From: Salpingoeca rosetta
Lineage: Eukaryota; Protista; Choanoflagellata
NCBI GenBank assembly: GCA_033442325.1
Contig: JAWQFM010000028.1
Location: 898,333 to 962,332 of the forward strand
Direction of reading: 5' to 3'
Length of the DNA stretch: 64,000 nt
In this document: piece by piece, positions 1 to 13,122 of the stretch
Position numbering within the stretch: the first letter of the stretch is position 1
Layout of the letters: each line of letters opens with the position of its first letter
The notes under the pieces: generated by a model
The model's input: the letters and a program-made list of their open reading frames with translations, nothing else
Told to the model about the DNA's origin: nothing
The model's database searches: none
Position numbers and translations under genes: made by a program

Positions 1-43
<43 letters not shown>

Positions 44-75
44 CAAACACACACACGTGCACACATGTGGTGCAG

Positions 76-1451
76 CGGAGACGTCGACGGACACGGTGCC
101 GCTCGGGCGACCTGCTGCTGAGTCGTCAACAGATGGCCCTCCGCCGCCGCGGCCTCCGAAGAAGGCGTCACTGCAGCGTGCAGGCAGTATGCCACCACGC
201 AGGCCAAGCGCAGGCAGCGACGTGCAACAGCAGCAACAACAACAGCCACCACCGCCACTGCCACACCTGCACCCGAAGCCGCCGTCGTTACAGCCGAAAC
301 CGCCATCGCTGCAACAGCAGCAGCAGCAGCAGCAGCAACAGACGGGGCAGGACGAGCCACCACCACCGCCTATTCCGTCCAAGCCAAAGCCTGGTCAGTA
401 GTGGTTGGAATCACTGTGATGCTGTGTGTGATGTGATGTGACGCATGCGATTTGGTGTGGTGTAGGTGCTGCGGACTGTGATGTTGGTCACCATCATCGT
501 TGCGAACACCACCACTTGTTGGGTGGCGTTCATGTTGTTACGTTCCTTCTCTTTCGTTTTCTGTTCTTCCTCTGTTCTTCTTGACATTCCCCGACAGTTC
601 AACCATGTCGTTAGCGTTTGCTGCTTTTCCGTCACCTCTGGTAGTGGTCATTCTTTGCCTATCTCCCCCCCCCGTCCTTTTGTCTTTTGACTCAGTGCCA
701 TATCATCATCATCATCGTTATCACCACCACAACACTCGCCCCCCCCCACCCCCCGCCCCCGCTTCCTTTATTTCCTTCCTCCGTTCTTTCTCTGCGGTCT
801 TTCATGCCACATTCCCTACCTGGTTTGCATGTCGGCGTGTGTGCATGTGTGCGCGTGTGCGTGTGTAGACGTGCGATGTGTGCTGTTTATGACCTCATAA
901 AAGCACTACACGCGCATCGTCACCAGCAGTTGCACACGCGCACACGTAACGCCCATGCACATGCTCAACAGTGACTGTTCCATGGTCGATGTTGTATCGT
1001 CGATTTTACTCACATTCCAACCATGTGTCCATGTTGTTGCCGCGACGTGTGCATGTGTGTGTGTGTGTGTGTGATGTTCATCGTTCGTTGTTACAGGGCA
1101 CCTCCTGCCACCATCTTCGTCATCACCAACGCCATCATCATCGTCAGCGACAGCCCCTCCGCCCGTACGACCCCCGATCACATCAGCGCCGTCCAGCTCA
1201 CCTGCCCCTCTCCGGCCCCCAACAATGCCAACTGCATCATCATCATCGTCACTGCCGCCACCAGCAGATGTACCACCACCGCGTCCGTCAAAACCGAAAC
1301 CAAAGACGTCTCTCGCACACAGACTCCAGTCAGCACAGGTGCGAAGCACGATGGTGCTGCTTGCTGGACCGGGGGGGGGGGTGGCATTTGATTGCACCTT
1401 TTCGCTTGTTTCCTTGCTCTTTATTCACTCGTTCAACTTCTCCAGCACCAA

Positions 1452-1544
<93 letters not shown>

Positions 1545-1797
1545 CATTCGTGCATGCATGTACTCACATGCGTTCAACCCCACAACCTCCTCATCATCGT
1601 ACCCCCCTCCTCCCCCTTCCCTGTGCTGCTCCGTGCCTGATTCAGGACGGGTCGGCGGAGAATCGGGCTGCTGTTCTCGCCCGTCGCCGTGAGCAGGAGA
1701 GGCAGCTGCAGCAGAGGGCTGACAGGCTCCACGTCTCAAAGCAGGCACAATCGAAGCTCGGCGTAAAGCAGGGTGCGTGTTTGTTGTGTTGTGTGTG

Positions 1798-1828
<31 letters not shown>

Positions 1829-2836
1829 CTATGTGTGTGTGTGTGTGCGTTTGTGTGTGTGTGTATGTGTGTGTGTGTGTGTATGTGTGTGTGTATGTGT
1901 GTCAATGTGTGTTTGTGTGTGTGTCTGTCTGTGTCTACGTCTGCGTGGCGAACAGTTGATGTACATTCCTTTTTCTCATGCTTCTCTTGCCCTTTGCCGT
2001 CACCACTACAACCATTACATTCCTGCAGGCATGGCTGGGATGCTGCAGTCGCAGGAGGAGAAGAGGAGCAAGATCTACCAGGCCCTCAACCCAAAGCCGC
2101 TCTGGTTCCAAACCGCAAGGGAGAGGTGCGAACCGCGGCGATGCGTGCTGGGATGGTGGTGGTCGTGGTTGTGGTCGTGGTTGTGGTCGTGGTCGTGTCA
2201 GCTTCTGTCGTGTACATGCTGCTTCTCTTGATCGCTAACTCATCGACTCGCAAACACACACAAACACACATGCAGGGAGGAGCTTGAGGAAGAGAAGGTG
2301 GATCTTGGGCTGGTTGTGTGCGATGACGATTTGAAACCACAGCGTGGCGGCGGTGTTGGTCCCGGTCTGCAACCGCCACCGGGCGAAGGGTTTGGGTTTG
2401 GGGATGAGAACGATGACGATGATGATGATGACGACGAGGACGACGAGGAAGAGGATGACGACTTTGATGAGAGCAACTTGGTGAGTGGATTTGCTTTCTC
2501 GTCTTTCCCCTCCGGTTGCCGTCGCTCCTTGCTACTGCTGGTCTCCTGCGTGCGTGCGTGTGTGTTTGTGCCTGTGTCTGTGTATGTGTGTGTCTGTGTC
2601 TGTGTCTGTGTGTCTGTGTGCATCTTCTTGTTCAACTTTCATTATAACTAACACTCCATCACCATCACCATCATCACCAACACTCCACCATCAGCCCGGG
2701 TTTGATGAGATTGCGGATTTGCTGAAGGAGCGACGGGCTGCGCGCGCGAAAGCGGAGGAGGAGCGACGCAAGCAGCTGCAGCTCATGCATCAGCAGCAGA
2801 GGCAGCAGGAGGAACAACGCCTCCAACAAGAGCTCC

Positions 2837-2887
<51 letters not shown>

Positions 2888-2899
2888 CGTGCGTGCATG

Positions 2900-2934
<35 letters not shown>

Positions 2935-3382
2935 GTCTGTCTGTCTGTCTGTCTATCTGCCTGTCTGCCTGTCTGTCTGTCTGTCTGTCTGTCTATCTGC
3001 CTGTCTGCCTGTCTGTCTGTCTGTCTGTCTGTCTATCTGCCTGTCTGCCTGTCTGTCTGTCTGTCTGTAAGCTGCTGCTAACGTCACATGCAACGTTGCC
3101 GCTGCTGTTGCTGTGTGGTTTCGCCCCATCAGGTTATTCGGGAACGGGAGGCGCGCGAAGAAGCAGCCAGGGTATGGCAATGATGCTCTTATGCTCATGT
3201 GAATCGTCCACCTGCTCGCCTGCCCTCACTCACGTCATCGTTTCTGCCCATCCGGCATTGGTGCTCACGCGACCATTTGTGCGCGTCCGTCCTTCCCACA
3301 GGTTGCTGCTGAGGAGCGTGAGCTTGTGGAGGCGCGGAAGCGCGCGGAGCAGGAGCTCACCTTCGACTTTACCTTCAACTGA
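76..3382 (+). CDS. 3' part of a multi-exon Pro/Gln-rich, acidic, coiled-coil protein of unknown function (5' end upstream of window)
   Basis: GT-AG exons ~76-393, 1097-1338, 1647-1772, 2029-2125, 2276-2480, 2695-2838, 3133-3171, 3302-3382. The phase-1 junction G|gtcagt(394)..ttacag|gg(1097) joins the two Pro-rich ORFs in frame. PxxP motifs (PPPRPPKK, PPIPSKPK, PPPRPSKPK), a D/E tract and a charged helix; ends ..AEQELTFDFTFN*. Confidence 0.7.
2839..3070. repeat. Representative intronic microsatellite block (GT)n then (GTCT)n; such tracts occur in most introns of the window
   Basis: Directly visible dinucleotide and tetranucleotide runs. Confidence 0.95.
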
Positions 3383-4484
3383 CGCCACTTCTTGTGTCAT
3401 TCGTGTGCCACTTCTTGTGTCATTCGTGTTTGTTGTTTGTGCGTTGAGATTCGTGCTTTGACGAAACTCTGAGGATGATGATGCGCTATTGTTGTGTGAT
3501 GTTTGCAGTGCACTAAGTGTGCGGTGATCGCTCGCGTGTTTGATCATTACCCCTAGCATGTGCTTCCCTCTTCTTTGTCTTCCTCCTTCCTGTGACGTTG
3601 ATTCTCGATAACTGTCTCTTCTCTGATGTTGGTTTGAATGTAGGCCTCCCCCCCCCCCAAATAGTCGGCAGGGTTCGTTCGATTGTTCGTTTGATCGTTG
3701 TATTGATGAACAGACAACAAACGAGCCTTTCATCAAGAGCAACCAGCTGCGTGAGTCAAATGAAATTGATACAGCAGGGAAGGGAAGGGAAGGGAGGATA
3801 GATAGACACAAGGGAAGCCAGATGGCAAGGTTGCATGATCCATGGATGGCCTTGTGCGCCTTGTTCCTTTTCTTGTTGCTTGTCTGCAGCCGAGAGTCAG
3901 CCTTCCATGTTCAGAGGCCGTGCATTCTATGGGGCGAGCAAACAACACATGAGAGCGTGTGAGTCTTGAGTCAATCAGAACAGCAGAAAGAACAATCGCA
4001 TCACCACTAAACAAACACGACACGAGACACAGTAACAATAAGGGGAGGTGCTAAGACTTCCAAGGAAGAATTGACCAACATGTGTAAGCGCTTCGCAAAA
4101 AGCTGCTTCCATTATGGTGGAAACTGCGAATGAGGAATCAATATCATCATTGCACCAGACGAAGAGGGGAATCACCAACAACGATAACAACAATAACAAC
4201 AACGCAACGACTGTACACTGGGTTTGAAACTCACCAGCTTGCGACGACGCACTGTTGAGCAGCACCCAGCTGCATCCAGCTGCTGTTGCTTTTGAGAAGC
4301 GAAGCGAGCGCGTCCAGTCAAGTCATTCTCAGTTTAGAGATGAGGAAAGAAGAGACGACGGTGTGGCTGTTGCGACTTCGTGTCAGGTGGCGAGAGCGGC
4401 GAGCTTCTTGGCGGTGAGGAAAGGCATCTTCTTGGTCGGTTGGAGAGGGTCGAGTGGAAAATGACCATGTGCACGCAAACATAC

Positions 4485-4516
<32 letters not shown>

Positions 4517-4923
4517 GTGTGGCCACGTGTGCAGGCACCACTGTGAGTGGTCTCAATTCCCGCCTGTGCGGGTAGGTGAAAATTCACCAAAGCTTGTAGG
4601 TTTTGCGAATTGCAGACAAGTTGACGTGCAATTGGCCAAGCATCACAACGACTACGCTGACTGTGCTTTTGTTGGTGTCTGTTTCTTGGCTGTTTTGCTT
4701 CTTCATCCACCACCTCATCCACCACCTCACACTCCACCACATGCCCGCTCCCTCTCTCTCACTCATGTCACCACATGCTCTACGATCCTCCCCAACAACA
4801 ACAAAAAAGGTTTAAGGATGCAGTGTAACAACGTAACCACACAGCAAAGCAAGCACGCGCACACACAAACGAAACACCCACGCATGCACAACACACACAG
4901 TCAAGGTCCAGCAGTGACAGCAA

Positions 4924-5703
4924 TCACTCGAAGAAGACAATGACCACCATGATGGCCACGCCAAGGGCCATGGCAAGCAGCTCCTTCACAGACTGCCACA
5001 GGCGCGTTTCCTGAGAAGCACACACAGGCACATGCACATGTGTGTGTGTGTTGTGGGGTAAGGCGACAATTGCGAAAGAGTGGTGGTCGTAGGGAGGAGG
5101 GGAAGCACAATAAAGCGCATGATGGAACAACCACAGTACAACAGTACAACAGCAGCCATACACGTGTACACATGTACTACACACACGCACACACCTCGAG
5201 GAGCTCCGGGATGACGGAGACGGTGGCAATGTAGATGAAGCCGCCAGCGGTGAAGAGGAGGATGAAGTTGGTCACGCCCGTCATCTCGCTGCTCATCAGC
5301 CCGCACACCGTGCCAAGCATCGCACCAACAGCAGTCACAAGCTGCAGCATAATCGCCTGTGTGTGGTGTATGAGTGTTGTGTGAGTGAATGGGTGAGTGA
5401 GTGGGTGTGGGTGTAAGCGTAAGGAGGGGACAAGTTGTGGCACTGAAACGAAGGATACACACACACACAAACAAACACACACACGCAAACACACGCATGC
5501 AAAGCAACACACACCTTTGTCTTGCTGTATCCGCTGCGGACGAGGATGGCAAAGTCGCCGACCTCATGCGGCACTTCGTGCAGGAGAATGGTGACGACCG
5601 TCGCATAGGCAGAGGCAGGGCTGCTCACAAAGCACGCGCCAATCGCAAGCCCGTCCGTGAAGTTGTGCGCTGCATCAGCGGCAAGGTTCAGGAACCCAGC
5701 AAC
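4924..5703 (-). CDS. ZIP (SLC39, LIV-1 subfamily; ZIP7/ZIP13/Catsup-like) zinc transporter, C-terminal TM4-TM8 part only
   Basis: Phase-0 exons 5703-5515, 5356-5195, 5010-4924: [76 protein letters not shown]. Contains the HNFTDG and HEVPHE signatures. Start exon not resolved. Confidence 0.9.
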
Positions 5704-6388
5704 CTATGTGCGCGTGTGTGCGTATGTGCGTGTGTGCGTGTGTGTGGGGTGAGCAAGCGAGGGAGTAAGCGCGGCAGACCGCATACAATTTTTCACTCAC
5801 ACATTCACAGCCACACACCCTCACAGCCATACGCATGCACCCACGCAGCCACCCATACGTTGCCCCCCCCATGACATCCATCACCCACCCAGCCAAGTGA
5901 AGCAGTCAATCCATCATCATCGTGGTTGTTTCCAGTGCCGCAGCAGCATCCTCAGCAGCGCAACCGCAGCAGCGAAAATTGGTGGGAAATGTTGGCGAAT
6001 TGTCGTAATCCAATTGTGTGTCGTTGTTGTTGTTTGTTTGTGTGCATCGACGAACAAGAAGACGAACAGCAGTTCATTGCTTCTCTCTCCAACAACAAAC
6101 AACGCCCTCACCACTCCTCTGTTGGTGTTTGAACCCGGCAGACAAGCGAGTCAACCCTTCTCTGCTGCATCTCTGCTGCCTAACTCGTGGTTGCGTTCAG
6201 CGAGACCACTAGCTGCTACTTGCCAGGGCTCCTTCGGCTCCCCTCCTTTTTTCGTGCGTCTCTCGCTTCGATCAACCAAGCGGCACGACTCGAGAAACCA
6301 CCCCCTCGTCGCTCTTCGATTCGCGTGCGTGTGTGTGTGTGTGTGTGTGTTTGTGTGCTTGTGTGTACTCGGCTGCTGACAACCGGTC

Positions 6389-8408
6389 ATGGCGCTGCAA
6401 GCACACGCTCTGTACGACTTTGAAGCCAACGAAGAGCATGGCGAGCTCTCCCTAAACGCCGGCGACACCGTCACCGTGCACAGACAGGTGCGCGTCGCAT
6501 CCGCTCAGCACGCCCTGCTGTGCCTTGTCCTCATGCATGCATCGCGTCCCCAACATGTTCCACTTGCACAAGCTCGCCACCGCCATCCACGCTCACGCTC
6601 ATACCCATACTCATTGCTGTGCACCTGGATGATCGATCGTGTTGTCTCGTTGCCTGGCCCTGGCTCCTTGCAGGACATTGGTGAAGGCTGGTGGGAAGGC
6701 GAAGTGAACGGCCGTCGAGGTGAGGAACCAAGAGCAAAACGGTTCATGGAGTGTGGGCCGCGTGTGTTTGGGGTGACTCGTGGTTGGTGGCTGGTGGTTG
6801 GTGATTGGTGGCTGGTGGTGGGTGATCGGTGTCGTCAGCATACAGCGTGCGTGCCGCCGGCGTGTCGTTTTGACCGCACAACCCTGCTGTTCTGACCTTC
6901 CACAAACGGGCGTGAATATTTGTGCTGTCTCGGTGCTGCATGTTAGGTCTCTTCCCCGCGTCGTATGTGCAGTTGGACGGCGGCGCAGATACACCCGACG
7001 ACCACTTTGACGATGACGATGGCAGCGACTGGGATGACAGCGGCGATGACGACTGGGACGACGAGCCCACACACCAAGTGCGTCGTTATGTGTTTGGGGG
7101 TTATGTTTTGTGCCTGTACGTGCATTGTGTGGTTGTGTGTGTGTGTGTGTGCGGTTGTGCTTTGTACCTGTATACCTGTTTGTGCATTGTGTCTGTTGAT
7201 ACGAGCACATGCACACCCCCAATATGTATGCGAGCATCGGTTTTTACCTTCGGCTCAACCCCGAATTGCACTGCTGCAGGGGCACGGCGCTGGCACGATG
7301 GAGATGACGCCGATTGGGCACGGGCACGAGGGCGGCGACCACCAGCCAACGTACGGCGGGCCCGCCTCCTCATATGGCCGCGCAGGCACGCTCAAGAAGA
7401 GCGTGTATCGCTTCTCCGTGTTTGTCAAGGCCGGCGCCGAGGCGTTTCTGATTGGCGCCACCAAGGACGTCACCATCGACGCCAACAACATGCTCCACAT
7501 CCAGGTGCGCAATGGTGGAGATGAGTAGGGAAATGAGCGCGGGTGCGAGGGGAACAGCAACGCGGCAAGGGCAGAAAGGAGGAAGGAGGAAGGAAGGACG
7601 GGCGGGCGGACGGTCGGGTCAGGGTGAAGGTGGTAGCTATATTCCAGTGACCAACACATAATACACACACACACACGCAACGCGCACATACACACGAGCC
7701 ACGACTCACTTCGACGTGATTGCCCCCTCCCCTCCCCCCTCCTGTTTGTCCATCATCGCCGCCACTGCAGCAAACCTCTGACGGCCCATCGTGGATCCCG
7801 AATCCGGCGCCGTACCACGAGATTGATGTGCTGCATGACGGCTCCCGCTCAAAGTACAAGGGCATCAAGACATACGAGGCATACAACATCCTCAACGCGG
7901 TATGTGTCGGGGTGTGTGTGTGTGGATGGGTGTGGGCGGGTGGGTGTCGGTGTCGGTGTCTGTGCGTGTCCGTGTCTGTCTGTGTGTCTGTGTGTTTGCA
8001 TTTGTACCTCTGTGCATGTGCATCGTTGTTCATCGTGTACTCACCATCACCACCACCACCACGTATCACCACCATCACCACCACCATCACCATCACTACC
8101 ATCATCACCACCACCACGATGCCAACAGGCGCCTGGTGTGCAGGTTGAGCGGCGGTTCAAGCACTTTGCGTGGCTGCACGACCGCCTCGTCGAGAAATAC
8201 TCGTGCATCTGCGTTCCCCCGCTTCCGGGCAAGGAGTACAGCCAGAAGTTTGGTGCGTCCGTTCATGTGTTTGTCGGTCTGCATGTTTCTTCGTGATTTG
8301 TTGTCTTCCTGCCTCTCTGTCTCTCCCTCTGAGCCCCTCCAATAATTTCGCTGCACGGCGTGGTGTGCCGTTGACATTGCCTCACACGACAATCCCCTTC
8401 CCAACACG

Positions 8409-8500
<92 letters not shown>

Positions 8501-8763
8501 ACGTACGTCCACACACGCACACACGCATGCACGCATGCACCCTCGTCGTTCCGTGTATGTTGTTGCCAGGGGAGTCGCTTGTTGACAAGCGGCAGCAGCG
8601 GCTGAAGATGTGGCTGAACCGCATCTGCCGCCACCCAGTCCTCTCCCGCGACGACCTCGCCCTCAAGCACTTTCTCACATGCCCAACATCAGACAAGACG
8701 GTCAGGCACAGGGTTCCTGTCATGCGCATGTGCTTGTTCGACACTCGCTCGCTTTTTTTTTTG

Positions 8764-8833
<70 letters not shown>

Positions 8834-9133
8834 CTGTCTGTGTGTGTGTGTGTGTGTGAGTGTGTGTGTGCTTGTTTTAAATGCAATTACCCCAATCACT
8901 GACGTGATCAATGTTCCTCACCCCACCCGAACTCCACACGATACAACACCTGCCAACAACGCGTCCACAGGCGTGGAAGAACGGAAAGCGCAAGGCAGAG
9001 AAGGACCAGTTTGTGAACAGCATGTTTTTCAAGCTCATTTCCCAGGACGTGCCCTGCCCCAACGACTCGTGCGTCCACACCTCCTGCTCTCTGCTGCGGC
9101 CAAGCAGCCGTGGTGCTCTCAAGCAAGCAACCG

Positions 9134-9182
<49 letters not shown>

Positions 9183-9926
9183 NNNNNNNNNNNNNNNNNN
9201 NNNNNNNNNNNNNNNNNNNNNNNNNNNNNNNNNNNNNNNNNNNNNNNNNNNNNNNNNNNNNNNNNNNNNNNNNNNNNNNNNNNNNNNNNNNNNNNNNNNN
9301 NNNNNNNNNNNNNNNNNNNNNNNNNNNNNNNNNNNNNNNNNNNNNNNNNNNNNNNNNNNNNNNNNNNNNNNNNNNNNNNNNNNNNNNNNNNNNNNNNNNN
9401 NNNNNNNNNNNNNNNNNNNNNNNNNNNNNNNNNNNNNNNNNNNNNNNNNNNNNNNNNNNNNNNNNNNNNNNNNNNNNNNNNNNNNNNNNNNNNNNNNNNN
9501 NNNNNNNNNNNNNNNNNNNNNNNNNNNNNNNNNNNNNNNNNNNNNNNNNNNNNNNNNNNNNNNNNNNNNNNNNNNNNNNNNNNNNNNNNNNNNNNNNNNN
9601 NNNNNNNNNNNNNNNNNNNNNNNNNNNNNNNNNNNNNNNNNNNNNNNNNNNNNNNNNNNNNNNNNNNNNNNNNNNNNNNNNNNNNNNNNNNNNNNNNNNN
9701 NNNNNNNNNNNNNNNNNNNNNNNNNNNNNNNNNNNNNNNNNNNNNNNNNNNNNNNNNNNNNNNNNNNNNNNNNNNNNNNNAATGACCACATACAGTGGAT
9801 GGAGGAGCATGAAGGAGTAGCAGGGCCTGCTCATCCAGTTCTTCTGAGGCATCGTCTCCTCTTCGCAGAGCATCACATGCGCGTCGAGGAAATAGAAAAC
9901 ATGGGGCTTTGCGCGTGTGTGAGTGT

Positions 9927-9976
<50 letters not shown>

Positions 9977-10009
9977 ATGCGTGCTTGCGTGTGTGTGTGT
10001 GTGTGTGTG

Positions 10010-10041
<32 letters not shown>

Positions 10042-10045
10042 CGTG

Positions 10046-10107
<62 letters not shown>

Positions 10108-10520
10108 CTGTCTGTCTGCATGCACATGTTATGTGCTTGCACAAGCATCCTCGCCTGCATGCCTTCCTGCCCACCTCCACAACCGCCACACGAGAGTCAT
10201 TGAGCCAACCCCTCACATACCCACTGCCACCGCTGCTTGCCGCCACCAGAACGAGGAGGCCAAACCTGGGGAGAAGGATGCCGTGCGCAGCCGGTGCGAT
10301 GTGATCCACACGCTCGCCCTGTGCGAGATGTCGCACTTTCACCAGCAGCGCCGCTCAGACTTCCGCGACATGATGAAGGCATACTTTGCCGCGCAAATTG
10401 AATTCCACCAGAAGGTATATCGGCCACACGCTTGCGTGCAGTGGGGCATAGGGGTACAGCTCCGCTACACACCCGACTTCGTCACTCACTCACTCACGCA
10501 CACACACACACACACACACA

Positions 10521-10593
<73 letters not shown>

Positions 10594-10661
10594 TGGCACT
10601 GCGACAGATTATGGATCAGCTTGCGGCGGCCAAGGCGGAGTTTGACAAGTTGGACTTTTGA
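6389..10661 (+). CDS. SH3-PX-BAR sorting nexin (SNX9/SNX18/SNX33, SH3PX1 family)
   Basis: SH3 (ALYDF..GELSL..GWWEG..GLFPASYV), acidic DWDD linker, PX (RRFKHFAWLHDRLVEKY..PPLPGK..RQQRLKMWLNRICRHPVLS..FL, WKNGKRKAEKD), BAR end (EMSHFHQQRRSDF..QIEFHQKI..). Exons ~6389-6487, 6674-6719, 6947-7076, 7280-7504, 7771-7899, ~8130-8252, 8570-8700, 8971-9068, [gap], ~10249-10413, 10608-10661. Part of the BAR domain falls in the gap. Confidence 0.92.
9183..9780. other. Assembly gap (N run) inside the sorting nexin gene
   Basis: Run of N following a (CA)n tract. Confidence 1.
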
Positions 10662-11032
10662 TTCCTTCCCGCACTCCCCTCGTTCCTCGCCCTTTCCCCC
10701 TTTCCCACTTTCAAGTGACCGACTCGCTGACTGACACCAACACCAATGGCACTGCTTACATACATGATCACACTTTTTTGCCTTTTTTTTTTTGTTCATT
10801 GTGTACTCTCGGTTGCTCTTTGGCTGCTTGTTTTGCCCGTTGCCCCTCGTCGGTGCTGCTGTGCTTGGTAGCCTTGTTGTTGATCTTTGTGAATTTGTGC
10901 TTGCTTGTTTGCGTGGTTGTTGTGGCGGCGTGTTGGCATTACGGGGCGCTCGCTGCTTCGTGGCGTTTGAGCCGGCATGCTCAAGTGCTCGCTTGAGCCG
11001 TGCAGTGCCTCGCGGTTGCTGGTGCTGCTGCG

Positions 11033-11135
<103 letters not shown>

Positions 11136-11439
11136 GCCTCGCCAGTGCTTGGCTCATGCCAGTTGTGATTGTCGGTTGCCGTCACTGCCTCGCCAGCCAC
11201 CCGCCCCGTTCCTTCGTCCTTTGTCGCATCATTGTCGTCTGCATGCTTGTGCCTCAAGCCCTTGGCCGCTGGTTTCCTCCAAGGCGTTGTTAGTGCACAC
11301 TCACCCAATACACGCGCGCCGTGATTTGTGGTATTGGAGATGAAGTGCAGAGAGGGGAAAGGGGGAGAGAAGGGAAAAGAGGGGGAGAGATAGTGTGTGG
11401 GGGGGAGGGTGTGTGGGTGTGTGGGTGTGTGTGTGTGTG

Positions 11440-11472
<33 letters not shown>

Positions 11473-12113
11473 GGTGGGTGTGTCTGTGTGTGTCTGTGTG
11501 TGTCTGTGTGTCTTGGATCGTGTGTCGTCATCCCCTCGCGTATCAACCTCTTCCCGCGAAATGGAGGAATTTGCACGCACGAAAGATTCCATGCACATTT
11601 GTGTGGTGGCCATCGGGTGACGCCGGTGTCAGGAAGCGGTGACAGGCACAACAAGCAAACGTTTCTATTGACTTACGCACGCTGTTGTGAACATTGTCAC
11701 ACATCACAGCACCGAAAGCACCGCACATCGCACACCGCAACTCACCACTCTCATCCTTTTTGCCATCGCGGCCGACCCGCTGTCGTTTAAGCGTTTAGAT
11801 ACGTGTGGTCGACGAGTAGCATCACACAACACACAGCACACCCAACACCACCCACGCCACACCACTCCCCTCCATTGCATCAATCCGGCCAACCAAGTCA
11901 CAATAACAACACACACACACACACATACACATACACACACATACACACACATACAACACTCACCACATACGCACATACATACCCGTTCTTCTCCAGCACC
12001 TGCAACACATTTACTCGTGAATTGAGCCATCCACACAGTCCGTTCACAGACACGGCAACGCACAACACAGACACACACACAGACACAGACGTGTCCACAA
12101 CAGCACCAGCGCC

Positions 12114-13030
12114 ATGGCGTCAACGGAGGGCATTCAGCTGCAAACCAAGGCGGCAGATTCAACGGCGTCCCAGAAGCAGCGAGTGCTTGTGCTGCAGAGC
12201 GAGTTCGACGATGGCTTCGATGAGATTCGGACTTCACCATCACCGCCCAGGCGTGACAGCAAGGCGCCCCTCAAGAGGATGAGCACCGTGTCTAGAACAA
12301 GAGACCCATGGGTTGCTCGGCGACGCGTACTGTTGTTTTTGTGTTGTGGCCTCCTGGTGGTGGGCGTGCTGCTTGCCATCCCGCTCGTGTACCTGACGCG
12401 GCCGACCGACACGGCAACGCGGCCAGCAGACCCAACACCAATTCCCGGTTCCGAGGCTTCGTCCCAGGATGAGCAGACAGGCGATGGCACGGCGGCAGCG
12501 GCGGACGATTGCCCTCAGCTCACATGCGAACAGTTTATCCACAAGTGTCTCGGTCAGGTGCGCTCTTGATGCAGGGGAAGAGAGCGCTGGTGGTTTGTGG
12601 TCTTGAGGTGGTCTTGCTTGAGGTGGTAGCCTTGAGGTGATGTCGTGTGTCCCAGCATACCACGCAGTTGAAGTCCACACGCCTTCTCACACAGTACCTG
12701 CTCACACCACACCGACTTTTTGATTGTGTGTTGCGACACTTGTTATGCAACACTGCAGGCTGCTGGTGGACTGTCGTCGACGGACTTTGGCGCGTGCATC
12801 GCTGAAGGAGGGTTCCATGCCAACCCCGACCTCGTACTTCTTGGCGCGTGCCTGGAGCAGTGTGATTCGCCTGCGTGTCACCACGAAATGACCACAAGCA
12901 TGGATGCCACCACCCTGCGGTCTCTTCGCTGTTGGTGAGCTTGAGTCGAGGAGTCGGTTCACACACATGTGTTTGCATGCCGAGTTGAAGTGGTCAAGTG
13001 GAAAAGTAGCCTTGCGTGCGTGTGCGTGTG

Positions 13031-13122
<92 letters not shown>

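Noticed and set aside
3975-4151. Possible box C/D snoRNA on minus (ATGATGA..CTGA)
   Set aside because: The boxes are far apart, with no clear terminal stem or recognisable guide; it needs an Infernal or snoscan run.
4234-4427. Antizyme-like +1 frameshift or selenocysteine read-through at ACC-TGA
   Set aside because: The +1 frame stops after about 16 codons, the 0 frame hits more TGAs, and I see no antizyme, selenoprotein or SECIS features.
9781-9915. Unique sequence after the gap as a separate gene
   Set aside because: Probably an error-prone contig end of a sorting nexin BAR exon; the frame cannot be resolved.
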